NCBI RefSeq assembly: GCF_001481685.1
Contig: NZ_CP006867.1
Location: 660,001 to 692,000 of the forward strand
Direction of reading: 5' to 3'
Source of the DNA: Ignicoccus islandicus DSM 13165
GTDB taxonomy: Archaea; Thermoproteota; Thermoprotei_A; Sulfolobales; Ignicoccaceae
DNA: 32,000 bases
Both the position numbers and the translations under genes were made by a program. This document shows positions 1 to 8,078 of the stretch, one piece after another; the stretch's first letter is position 1; the number at the start of each line of letters is the position of its first letter. A model generated the notes under the pieces. It was not told the origin of the DNA and did no database searches. It was given only the letters and a program-made list of their open reading frames with translations.

Positions 1-1
1 T

Positions 2-148
2 ATATTATTGGCATACCAGTTGAATGCGGTGCTTGTGAGTAACGATGAAGGACTATGCGAATTAGCTAGGAGACTGGGCGTCAGTTGCATTGACCCAATA
101 ACGTTTTTCGACACCATAGAGGAATATTTGAGGCTCGCAAAGAGCTGA
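2..148 (+). CDS. C-terminal fragment of a PIN-domain-like protein (resembles RNA ligase partner/HARP-type proteins)
   Basis: Frame 2 reads ILLAYQLNAVLVSNDEGLCELARRLGVSCIDPITFFDTIEEYLRLAKS*, with the VSNDEGL..A..LGV...DP pattern of PIN C-termini. It is cut by the window edge. Confidence 0.5.
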   Translation: MLLAYQLNAVLVSNDEGLCELARRLGVSCIDPITFFDTIEEYLRLAKS

Positions 149-198
149 GGAAAAGAATTTGTAAAGAAGAACGTGTATTTAATTTAGGAGAAGTTCTC

Positions 199-1248
199 AT
201 GACCGTTAAAGTCGCAATAAATGGATTTGGAACTATAGGTAAGAGGGTCGCTGAGGCCGTTCTTAAGCAAGACGATATGGAATTAGTTGGCGTCACTAAA
301 ACTCGACCGGATTACTTGGCCAAAGCAGCTTCTCTCAGGGGTTTATTATACGTACCTGAGGAAAAACTCCAAGACTTCGAGAAAAGTGGAATAGAAGTGG
401 CCGGAACGCTCGACGAACTTTTACGGAAAGTCGATGTTGTCGTGGACGCTACCCCGGGCGGCATAGGTAAGGAGTACAAGAAAGTTTACGAGAAGTACGG
501 CGTTAAGGCGATATTTCAAGGAGGCGAGAAACACGAAGTTGCTGGCTTCAGTTTCTCGACTCTATGTAACTATGAGGAAGCTCACGGTAAGCAGTACGCT
601 AGAGTAGTCTCATGCAACACAACGGGATTACTGAGAGTTCTCTGTACATTACACAAGGAAATAGGCATTGAGAAAGTAAGGGCCACAATCGTAAGGAGAG
701 GCGCAGATCCCCATGAAACAAAAAGAGGGCCCATCAACGCAATTGTTCCGAATCCGGTAACTCTACCTAGCCATCACGGCATCGATGTTCGAACAGTACT
801 TGACATAGACATTGCAACAACAGCAGTGGTAGTTCCAACTACTATCATGCACCTACACGTACTAAATATAGTTCTAAAAGAGAACGTAAGTAAAGAGAAG
901 ATATTAGAGGCTCTCGAGGCAGCACCTAGGATCCTAGTAATACCGAGCGAGTTTAGCGGCATTAAAGATACGGCCAAAATAATTGAAATGGCACGCGACA
1001 TGGGCAGGAAGAGATACGATCTCAACGAACTCGCCGTATTTGAGGAAAGTATTTCCGTGAACGGAAAGGAACTCTTCTTAATGCAAGCCGTTCATCAAGA
1101 AAGCATTGTTGTACCAGAAAACATTGACGCGATCCGTGCGCTCGCCACTAACGTATCGAAAGAAGAGAGCATAAGGAAAACAGATAGTACCCTCGGTCTA
1201 GTTAAGACGTTCGATGACGTATTAAAGGTAATATCGCGATTCGAATAA
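199..1248 (+). CDS. gap: Type II (archaeal) glyceraldehyde-3-phosphate dehydrogenase
   Basis: N-terminal Rossmann motif VAINGFGTIGKRVAEAV and catalytic SCNTTGL; full-length 349 aa. Confidence 0.96.
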   Translation: MTVKVAINGFGTIGKRVAEAVLKQDDMELVGVTKTRPDYLAKAASLRGLLYVPEEKLQDFEKSGIEVAGTLDELLRKVDVVVDATPGGIGKEYKKVYEKYGVKAIFQGGEKHEVAGFSFSTLCNYEEAHGKQYARVVSCNTTGLLRVLCTLHKEIGIEKVRATIVRRGADPHETKRGPINAIVPNPVTLPSHHGIDVRTVLDIDIATTAVVVPTTIMHLHVLNIVLKENVSKEKILEALEAAPRILVIPSEFSGIKDTAKIIEMARDMGRKRYDLNELAVFEESISVNGKELFLMQAVHQESIVVPENIDAIRALATNVSKEESIRKTDSTLGLVKTFDDVLKVISRFE

Positions 1249-1355
1249 CATTACATCTTTTCATTACATTTTTCCATTTGTCTAATTATTAGAAAGGTGT
1301 GTTAATGAGTGCTAAGACTTATTTTTTCAATTAGGTATTCCTAACGGGGCTTCGA

Positions 1356-3428
1356 ATGACGTGTAGTTTAAAAATTCCAATAGCGGGACAGCCCAACGTA
1401 GGAAAATCGACTTTTATTAATGCAGTCCTTGGAGAGTATGTTACAGAGATAGCCAATTGGCCGGGAGCAACCGTTGAGGTAAAGGTAATTGAAGCAAAAG
1501 TAGGCAATCGTGAGGTGTGCTTAATAGACCTACCCGGTGCATATTCTCTTAGTGGTGGTAGTGAAGAAGAGCGTGTGACAGCGAAATTCTTACTTGAAGA
1601 AGATTTCGACAACGTGATTCTACTAGGTGACGCAACGGCTCCACACAGAACCTTCTATCTTATAGTCCAAGTACTCGAGTTATTGGGAATAGGTGTAATA
1701 GCCCTAAATAAGTACGATAGAGCACTAAAAGCTGGTATTCACATCAATAGTGAGGCCTTAAGTAAGAGGTTAGGCAAACCAGTCTTTCTGATATCAGCTG
1801 TAACGAGAGAAGGCGTTCACGAGGTAATCGAAAAGGCTCTCGAAAAGCAATCGCCGAAGTATTTAGACATAGATTACGGAGACTTGGAATACTATGTCGT
1901 ACAAATCTCAAAGATGATCTCGAGACTAAACCTAAAAGGCAATCCGAGGTGGTATGCAGCCGAGTTCTTATTAGGCAATCAATTAGTAGACGAAATTATC
2001 AAGAACAAGGACGCTGAAATCTATGAGAAAGCTAAAGAAATGAGGGAAATGGCTGCAAAGGAACTCGGTGACCTCTATAAGATCGTTATCGATAGCAGAA
2101 TTAATTTCATCGAGAAATTGTTTGAAGGTCTTATTCATAGAGAAAAGGTAGCTGACAAGGAGAGTAGTACGATAGCGATGCTATTGGATAACGTGTTCAT
2201 GCACCCAATAGGAGGTTTCATAGCATCGATTCTAATACTATTTGGCATCTTTACAATAGCGTTCACAATTAATACCGGTTATCCATTAAATGTTATATTC
2301 GAGAACTTAGGCCAAGAATCAATCGCAGAAGCCTTAGAAAACTACAGCCTCTCCGGCATACTATCTTCGATATTTGATTCTATGACAGAGATAGCGAACT
2401 CGTCGTTACCACAGCCAATAGGATCTCTCATAGGTGATGGCGTAATTGCTGGAGTTGGTGCCGTACTTACCTTCTTCCCACTGATCTTCACAGTCTACCT
2501 ACTGCTCGCCTTACTGGAAGATTCCGGTCTCGCTACTAGGATAGCGGTTGCTATGGATACAATCTTCAGAGCCGTTGGTTTAAACGGAAAGGCAGTATTC
2601 CCATCTATAGTTAGTTTAGGTTGTAACGTACCGGGCGTTATGGCAACTAGAGTGCTTAGAGAGAGGGAATCCAGGATAGCAATGGCTCTAAGCTTGCCGT
2701 TCCTGCCCTGTCAAGCCAGGTTGGTCGTTCTATTAGCACTCGCTTCAGTACTACCGGCGCCACTCAACTCCGCCTCGCTTGTCCTTACGTACATACTGTC
2801 AATTGCAACGTTCCTATTGGTAACATTTGTCATGATGAGAATAGTGTTCAAGAAATCAGAGGAACCGTTGCTGCTTGAGTTACCGCCCTATCACGTCCCG
2901 AAGCTGAGAGTCGTTACGTGGATGGCTTGGGACAACGCAAAACACTTCCTAAGGAAGGCCGGAACAGTTATACTTTTCTTCTCAATAGTCTTATGGTTCC
3001 TGTTACACGTAAGTCCATCGGGTGCCTATGTTGAAGAAGAGACGGAAAGTATTGCGGCGTATCTAGGGAAACTATTTGAAGTAGTTCCAATGGTCGTGCT
3101 AGAGACAAGTAAGGAAACTTCATGGATCTTGTCGTTTGCTATGATAGTAGGCTCAATAGCGAAAGAGGTAATACTTGAAACGTTAGCAATACTCACCGGC
3201 ACTTCGTCCGTCGATCAAATGGTAGTTAAACTTCATTTGAATCAAGCTCAAGTGTTAGGTCTGATGGTTGCAGTGGCTCTAAGTATACCGTGTGTAGCAA
3301 CGATAGCAGTAATTTACTCAGAGACTGGAAGCTGGAAATGGACGTTGGCTTCGATACTTCTTTCCACGATAGTTTCCGCAATAGAGGCATCTATAGTATA
3401 CAGAATCTTCTCTGTAATACTCGGGTGA
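1356..3428 (+). CDS. feoB: Ferrous iron transport protein B (FeoB)
   Basis: G-domain motifs GQPNVGKST, DLPGAYSL and NKYD, followed by a polytopic membrane domain; 690 aa. No feoA is seen next to it. Confidence 0.93.
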   Translation: MTCSLKIPIAGQPNVGKSTFINAVLGEYVTEIANWPGATVEVKVIEAKVGNREVCLIDLPGAYSLSGGSEEERVTAKFLLEEDFDNVILLGDATAPHRTFYLIVQVLELLGIGVIALNKYDRALKAGIHINSEALSKRLGKPVFLISAVTREGVHEVIEKALEKQSPKYLDIDYGDLEYYVVQISKMISRLNLKGNPRWYAAEFLLGNQLVDEIIKNKDAEIYEKAKEMREMAAKELGDLYKIVIDSRINFIEKLFEGLIHREKVADKESSTIAMLLDNVFMHPIGGFIASILILFGIFTIAFTINTGYPLNVIFENLGQESIAEALENYSLSGILSSIFDSMTEIANSSLPQPIGSLIGDGVIAGVGAVLTFFPLIFTVYLLLALLEDSGLATRIAVAMDTIFRAVGLNGKAVFPSIVSLGCNVPGVMATRVLRERESRIAMALSLPFLPCQARLVVLLALASVLPAPLNSASLVLTYILSIATFLLVTFVMMRIVFKKSEEPLLLELPPYHVPKLRVVTWMAWDNAKHFLRKAGTVILFFSIVLWFLLHVSPSGAYVEEETESIAAYLGKLFEVVPMVVLETSKETSWILSFAMIVGSIAKEVILETLAILTGTSSVDQMVVKLHLNQAQVLGLMVAVALSIPCVATIAVIYSETGSWKWTLASILLSTIVSAIEASIVYRIFSVILG

Positions 3429-3499
3429 TTTCTAAGTACATCTATGTACCCACTTTGAACTACTTTTTACATCTATTAGAAGAAGGGTGGACCTAGAGT

Positions 3500-3697
3500 A
3501 TGAACGTCTCGACATCTAGGGATAACGATTTCGATTACCACTTCCTTACTTACATGCTTACTAAGATAGATCAATGGAAGAGAGACGTTATGGAGGTATG
3601 TAATGTTTTCGAAATAGGCGAGGAGGAAAAGAGAAAGGCCTTAAGCGATCTCGATAGGCTAGAAGAGGAAATACTTGATATACTTATTTTTCACTAA
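3500..3697 (+). CDS. Small hypothetical protein (65 aa)
   Basis: ORF fits between feoB and rnp4 on the same strand. Acidic helical C-terminus; no family recognised. Confidence 0.5.
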   Translation: MNVSTSRDNDFDYHFLTYMLTKIDQWKRDVMEVCNVFEIGEEEKRKALSDLDRLEEEILDILIFH

Positions 3698-3706
3698 ACC
3701 TACCCC

Positions 3707-4066
3707 TTGGAAGCGAGAGGAATGAAGAAAGACTCAAGGAAGTTACAACGCCAGGTGGCTAGGGAAGCATTTTTCGAACTTATTGAAATTTCCAGAAAAG
3801 AGGTAAGGAGTGGAAACTGGGAAAGGGCCTCTCAGTTAGGTGAACTGGCTTTCAAAGTGGCTCGGAAGGGAAAAGTAAGAGTACCTATTGAGACTAAGAG
3901 AGCCTTCTGTAGGAGGTGCCACATACCTCTCATTCCAGGTATTACAGCACGCATTAGATTGAGACGCAAAGGGAGGTTAACGATCGTCCTCTCATGTTTA
4001 AATTGTGGATACGTACGTAGATATCCGGTAACGGAAGTTGAGAGTAAGGGATCTCCATCAGAGTAA
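3707..4066 (+). CDS. rnp4: Ribonuclease P protein component 4 (Rpp21/Rpr2 family)
   Basis: AREAFFELIEISRKEV....RRCHIPLIPGITARIRLRRKGRLTIVLSCLNCGYVRRYP, with the paired CxxC zinc ribbon typical of Rpp21. Start codon uncertain. Confidence 0.85.
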   Translation: MEARGMKKDSRKLQRQVAREAFFELIEISRKEVRSGNWERASQLGELAFKVARKGKVRVPIETKRAFCRRCHIPLIPGITARIRLRRKGRLTIVLSCLNCGYVRRYPVTEVESKGSPSE

Positions 4067-4319
4067 GCCTACTGTTTATATAGGAAAAAATGGAGTAACT
4101 GAAAGCGTTATTGCTGAAATAAAGAGACAGCTTAACGACAAAGGATACGTAAAAGTTAAGGTTCAGAAAAACATTATTAGATATCAAGGAGTTGACAGGA
4201 AAGACGTTGCTTACCAAGTTGCTGAAATGGTAGGGGCTAAACTTTTAGAGATACGAGGGAGAACGTTCATTTTACTGAAAGATAATGAGGGAAGATATAG
4301 TGGTAGAAGTTTGTCATAA
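4038..4319 (+). CDS. CRM/YhbY-domain RNA-binding protein
   Basis: VYIGKNGVTESVIAEIKRQLNDKGYVKVKVQKN ... VAEMVGAKLLEIRGRTFILLK is a YhbY-like fold pattern. Confidence 0.85.
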   Translation: MRVRDLHQSKPTVYIGKNGVTESVIAEIKRQLNDKGYVKVKVQKNIIRYQGVDRKDVAYQVAEMVGAKLLEIRGRTFILLKDNEGRYSGRSLS

Positions 4320-4533
4320 GGGATGTAAGGACGTTTGTGAAAGTGGGGACTGCGAAATTAAAATTAACTTAGGCAGTAACGTTAGTATGAGAGAGATGGC
4401 TTCACTAATAATAGAGATACTGGGTGCCGAGGAAATAAGAGTTGTTAATAGACCGCGCGGTAGGTTACTAAATGCTCTAATTGAAGTAGCAGATTGGTTT
4501 GGGATCAAAATTACCTGGGAGAAAGATCTCTAA
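4285..4533 (+). CDS. Small hypothetical protein (82 aa)
   Basis: ORF overlaps the CRM gene end in another frame; Cys-rich N-terminus (CHKGCKDVCESGDC). No family recognised. Confidence 0.55.
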   Translation: MREDIVVEVCHKGCKDVCESGDCEIKINLGSNVSMREMASLIIEILGAEEIRVVNRPRGRLLNALIEVADWFGIKITWEKDL

Positions 4534-5695
4534 CGATGTTCATTACGACGTCGAGCGGTGCGTTCGTCTTTACGTTCCTATAATCATAGTGTGTAATTAC
4601 TGCACGATATCCTAGCTCTTTAAGTCTTTCAACGACCAGCTTAGGTTTGGGCATATGTGTTTTTAGGGAACTGCAGATGCTTTCTATACTATATGAATAG
4701 GGCACCCCGATGGAATCCTCTTCAAGGATTCTTAATAAGAACTTCTTTATTTCCTCGTTTTTAACTATCTCCAGTTTATCCTTAAAGAATTTCTCGTCAG
4801 TAAGGTTACCTAACCAAATTGGTCCTATGAGCTTCCTTGGGTTGCTTACCGCGTCCTCTGGTAAGGGGTAACCTTTTATGGGGATTACTTCTAAACCATT
4901 AATGTAGAGATATCCTAGGTTCTTTAACGTCTCATCTACCCTTCCAGCCCCCCTCTCTGCTTTAAAGGTAACTCGTACGTAATAATCCTTGAAAAAGGAG
5001 AACAAAGGCCTTAAAGCTACTTCCCTGATCGCGGCTAATCTTATAGCTGCGGAAATCAACGTCCTTATCGCAACTTCTTTCGAAAAAGGTGTTCTTACGA
5101 TCTTTACTGAATACCTCCTAAGGGCCGTATTAGGACGAGCTCCGCTTAAGGCGGCGGTATCGGTTGCTGTTAAGGCAATTAAACCATTTCTCTTGACGCT
5201 CCTCACGGCACCGTCTAGAAATGGTATAGGGGAACCGAATGGGTCTATGTCAACGATATCGTAATAAGTTTCCCTAATTTTCTTCGAATGAAGGACAACA
5301 TGGGCGTCTTCTTGTATAGCTCTGATCTTTTTGTCAACGCTATTAAGCTTTGCATTTACGTTAAGTAAACGAATAGCTAAGGGATTTAAGTCAGCTGCTA
5401 GAACGAAGTCGGCATTCGCTTCCTTAGCGTATCTAACGCTTCTTACGCCACTTCCAGCTAGGGGTTCTAGGACCGTCAGAGAGTTATTAGAAGCTCTATA
5501 TATTCTGGCGATTTCGATTGCAGTATCTCTATTGAATTTCGCTTTGGGATTATAGAAGACGGGGGCATGTGCCGGTTCGTAAATACCATCGCTCCTCACG
5601 TAAAAACTCATGGATGGTACGACTACTTTTACTTCCCCTTCGTCAATTAAATCTACGGGAAATCCCAATTCCTTCTCTATCTGAGTTAAGTCCAA
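4511..5695 (-). CDS. trm1: tRNA (guanine-26,N2-N2)-dimethyltransferase Trm1
   Basis: VFYNPKAKFNRDTAIEIARIY, LEPLAGSGVRSVRYAKE, DIDPFGSPIPFLDGA and LTATDTAALSGA are Trm1 motifs. Confidence 0.95.
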   Translation of the reverse strand: MDLTQIEKELGFPVDLIDEGEVKVVVPSMSFYVRSDGIYEPAHAPVFYNPKAKFNRDTAIEIARIYRASNNSLTVLEPLAGSGVRSVRYAKEANADFVLAADLNPLAIRLLNVNAKLNSVDKKIRAIQEDAHVVLHSKKIRETYYDIVDIDPFGSPIPFLDGAVRSVKRNGLIALTATDTAALSGARPNTALRRYSVKIVRTPFSKEVAIRTLISAAIRLAAIREVALRPLFSFFKDYYVRVTFKAERGAGRVDETLKNLGYLYINGLEVIPIKGYPLPEDAVSNPRKLIGPIWLGNLTDEKFFKDKLEIVKNEEIKKFLLRILEEDSIGVPYSYSIESICSSLKTHMPKPKLVVERLKELGYRAVITHYDYRNVKTNAPLDVVMNIVRDLSPR

Positions 5696-5740
5696 TTCTT
5701 ACAACCTGGAGGATACATCGGAGAAATGTTAAAGGGTGTG

Positions 5741-5798
5741 TGGTAGCCGGGCGGGGATTCGAACCCCGGTCACGGGGGTTCCCCCCACCTTCCCGGCT
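5741..5798 (-). ncRNA. tRNA-like element: initiator-like acceptor stem and T arm, missing D and anticodon arms
   Basis: Minus strand AGCCGGG-AAGGTGGGGGGAACCCCC-GTGAC-CGGGG-TTCGAAT-CCCCG-CCCGGCT-A-CCA. It has a perfect 7-bp acceptor with A1-U72, a 5-bp T stem, a canonical T loop and an encoded CCA. Only a GGGGG/CCCCC hairpin sits where the D and anticodon arms should be. Confidence 0.55.
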
Positions 5799-5835
5799 CG
5801 CGACCCCCTCCCCTTAGGAGCCCTCCGCCTAGTGG

Positions 5836-5939
5836 CGGGCCCGCGGGGATTTGAACCCCGGACCACCGGCTTTCTTCCCGACGAAACCCCGCATGACGGA
5901 TAGGAGGCCGGCGCTCTGTCCTAGCTGAGCTACGGGCCC
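5836..5939 (-). tRNA. tRNA-Arg(CCT) with a predicted intron of about 29 nt (5872-5900) at position 37/38
   Basis: Minus strand GGGCCCG-TA-GCTC-AGCTAGGACA-GAGC-G-CCGGC-CTCCTA-[intron]-A-GCCGG-TGGTC-CGGGG-TTCAAAT-CCCCG-CGGGCCC-G, followed by encoded CCA at 5833-5835. Confidence 0.92.
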
Positions 5940-5964
5940 TCGTGAAATCCACTCCAAATCCAAT

Positions 5965-6453
5965 CTAAAAAGTTTTCTTTCTTCTTTCGCTCTTTAATCT
6001 CGTGTTAACCCTCTGGGGAATCCCTATTACTTTATAAAGGGTGTAGCCCTTGGGACACTCGACTTTCTCTATTACTTCATTAATTCTTACTTTAACCCTC
6101 CTACCTAGTTTGTGCTTACGTCCCGTGCACTCCTCCCATAGAGGACACTTCTTGTTATCGCAATAGATGGGCGTATATTCTACTATGCTACCCTCAAGGG
6201 CTAACTTCGCTGGTACAATTAAAGGCACGCCCAGCTCTTCTACTTCAGCTACTACTACTTTCCCGTGTATCTTACATGGGTGTTCTATGACACCTAATTT
6301 AGCCTTTACCTCGTAGAGCCACCCTCTTTTTAATACGGAACATTTTTCCTTAAGCCAACAAGATTCACACGAGGGTAAGATTCCGGTAGCTATGAATCTA
6401 TCGCCTTCCTTAAAGTGGGTCGGTATTGGTACAACCAGCTTCTTACCAGCCAT
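5965..6453 (-). CDS. UPF0179 family protein
   Basis: ESCWLKEKCSVLKRGWLYEV, CDNKKCPLWEECTG and KVECPKGYTLYKV form the conserved Cys pattern of this archaeal family. Confidence 0.8.
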   Translation of the reverse strand: MAGKKLVVPIPTHFKEGDRFIATGILPSCESCWLKEKCSVLKRGWLYEVKAKLGVIEHPCKIHGKVVVAEVEELGVPLIVPAKLALEGSIVEYTPIYCDNKKCPLWEECTGRKHKLGRRVKVRINEVIEKVECPKGYTLYKVIGIPQRVNTRLKSERRKKTF

Positions 6454-6487
6454 TCGTAATCACCTTAATTTATTGTCAGCCTATAAT

Positions 6488-7351
6488 ATGAAATCTAATA
6501 GGGTTGAAGTATTAATGACGCGATATGTACTAATCAAGTTACCAGAGGAGCTATATGAAGAGTTAGAGAAACGAGCAAGAGAGGAGGGATATACTCTCGT
6601 TAGCGACTTCGTTAGAGATATAATAAACAGGGAATTGGGTAAGACGCCCTTCAACCCGAGGAAGCTTGAGCAGAGGATAGAGAGAATAGAGAATGGCGAT
6701 TTACCTCCTAGGCTTCAAGACGCTATATGGAGGCTCATAGAGGAGGCCCTCTCTGCTAAGTTAGCTTCTCAACTACCTCTAGATGAGGTCTCTTCGGTAG
6801 AATCACTCGAGAAACTGAACAAGAAGATTGAACGAGAGATACAGAAGCTACTGATTCCTTGGACTGAGAAAATAGACGATCTAGCTAAGAGAATAGCACA
6901 GCTTACAGAGGAGCTCGAAGAGATAAAAGAGAAAGTCAATACTGAGAAGACTAAAGAGGAGGAAGAGGTAAGCGAAAGAAAACAGAGACGGATGGATGAG
7001 CATAAGGAGAGACGGAGATTTACTGCGTTAGATAGACTCAAAGCCCAAGGAATAATTTTCGAGAGCGACTTAAGAACGATAAAGTTCAAAGATTCCTTCT
7101 TTGAGAAATTGAGGAAAGGGGGTGCCAAGATACTAACTACGAGTCGCTATGGTAGAATAGCTGTTCATCCGGATGTGTGGGAGAAATTCTTGGAGGTACT
7201 TAATGAGAGCACGAGTGGCGACGACGCTGAAGTGTTAGAGAAGTTAGACTCGGAAGCCCTTAAGATGTTATTCAGCGCTTTACGGGAAGACGGTCTGCTA
7301 ATATTCGATAGAAGTCTGGGAAGGTGGGTATTGGAGGAAAGTGTTGAATGA
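6488..7351 (+). CDS. Ribbon-helix-helix (CopG-like) N-terminal domain, coiled coil and C-terminal winged-helix-like region
   Basis: RYVLIKLPEELYEELEKRAREEGYTLVSDFVRDIINREL is an RHH pattern, followed by long Glu/Lys heptads and a globular C-terminus. The listed ORF start at 6392 overlaps UPF0179; ATG 6488 or 6515 is more likely. Confidence 0.75.
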   Translation: MKSNRVEVLMTRYVLIKLPEELYEELEKRAREEGYTLVSDFVRDIINRELGKTPFNPRKLEQRIERIENGDLPPRLQDAIWRLIEEALSAKLASQLPLDEVSSVESLEKLNKKIEREIQKLLIPWTEKIDDLAKRIAQLTEELEEIKEKVNTEKTKEEEEVSERKQRRMDEHKERRRFTALDRLKAQGIIFESDLRTIKFKDSFFEKLRKGGAKILTTSRYGRIAVHPDVWEKFLEVLNESTSGDDAEVLEKLDSEALKMLFSALREDGLLIFDRSLGRWVLEESVE

Positions 7352-7379
7352 CTTCCCTCAAGTTTCATAAATAGTCTAT

Positions 7380-8078
7380 ATGCCTATCCGTCCGGTTCTA
7401 GGGGAATTGGCGAGTTGCATACGGACGGTTAATATTACTAAGAGTTACGTAATTAATGGCAAGAAAGTAAAGGTCTTAAAAGAAACGAACCTAGAGGTCG
7501 AATGCGGGCAACTGGTTTCAATTGTTGGACCTTCAGGAGCAGGGAAATCTACTCTACTAAATATTCTCTCTACGATAGATTCACCTAGTAAGGGGCGCGT
7601 AGAGCACCTAGGTGTGACCGTTTATCCCAGAGGCGAGGATTGGAGAGCTAAGTGGAGAAGAGATCACGTAGGCGTAGTTCTCCAATTCATTTTCTTGGTT
7701 CCTACCCTAACGGCTTACGAAAACGTCCTCCTAGCCCTCGAACTATCTAAAAAGTTCAAAGATAGAGTTAGGAGAGCTTTAAAAATTCTCGAAACAGTCG
7801 GCCTCATCGACAAAGCTGATAGATATCCAAGTGAGTTGTCTGGGGGAGAACAACAACGGGTGGCCTTGGCAAGGGCGATAGCCAACGATCCGGAAATCAT
7901 AATTGCTGACGAACCACTTTCGAATTTAGATAGGCAGAATAGAATAATGCTTTCCAAGCTCCTCCGAAAATTGGCTGACGAAGGTAAAGCGGTAGTTGTA
8001 ACGACGCACGAAGACGAGCTAGTTCGCGTATCTGACATCGTATGCGAAATGAAGAGAGGTGAACTAAATTGTCCCTAA
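7380..8078 (+). CDS. ABC transporter ATP-binding protein (MacB/LolD-like exporter type)
   Basis: Walker A GPSGAGKST, signature LSGGEQQR, Walker B IIIADEPL, and H-loop VTTHED. Confidence 0.93.
   Translation: MPIRPVLGELASCIRTVNITKSYVINGKKVKVLKETNLEVECGQLVSIVGPSGAGKSTLLNILSTIDSPSKGRVEHLGVTVYPRGEDWRAKWRRDHVGVVLQFIFLVPTLTAYENVLLALELSKKFKDRVRRALKILETVGLIDKADRYPSELSGGEQQRVALARAIANDPEIIIADEPLSNLDRQNRIMLSKLLRKLADEGKAVVVTTHEDELVRVSDIVCEMKRGELNCP

Noticed and set aside
1331-1612. Minus-strand ORF opposite the feoB start
   Set aside because: Antisense to the G domain of feoB; no independent support.
5569-5952. ORFs 5569-5817 (+) and 5770-5952 (-)
   Set aside because: They overlap tRNA-Arg, the tRNA-like element and the trm1 end; the translations read through tRNA sequence.
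6392-6487. Upstream start of the RHH ORF at 6392
   Set aside because: It would extend far into the divergent UPF0179 coding region; the first 32 aa show no domain character.
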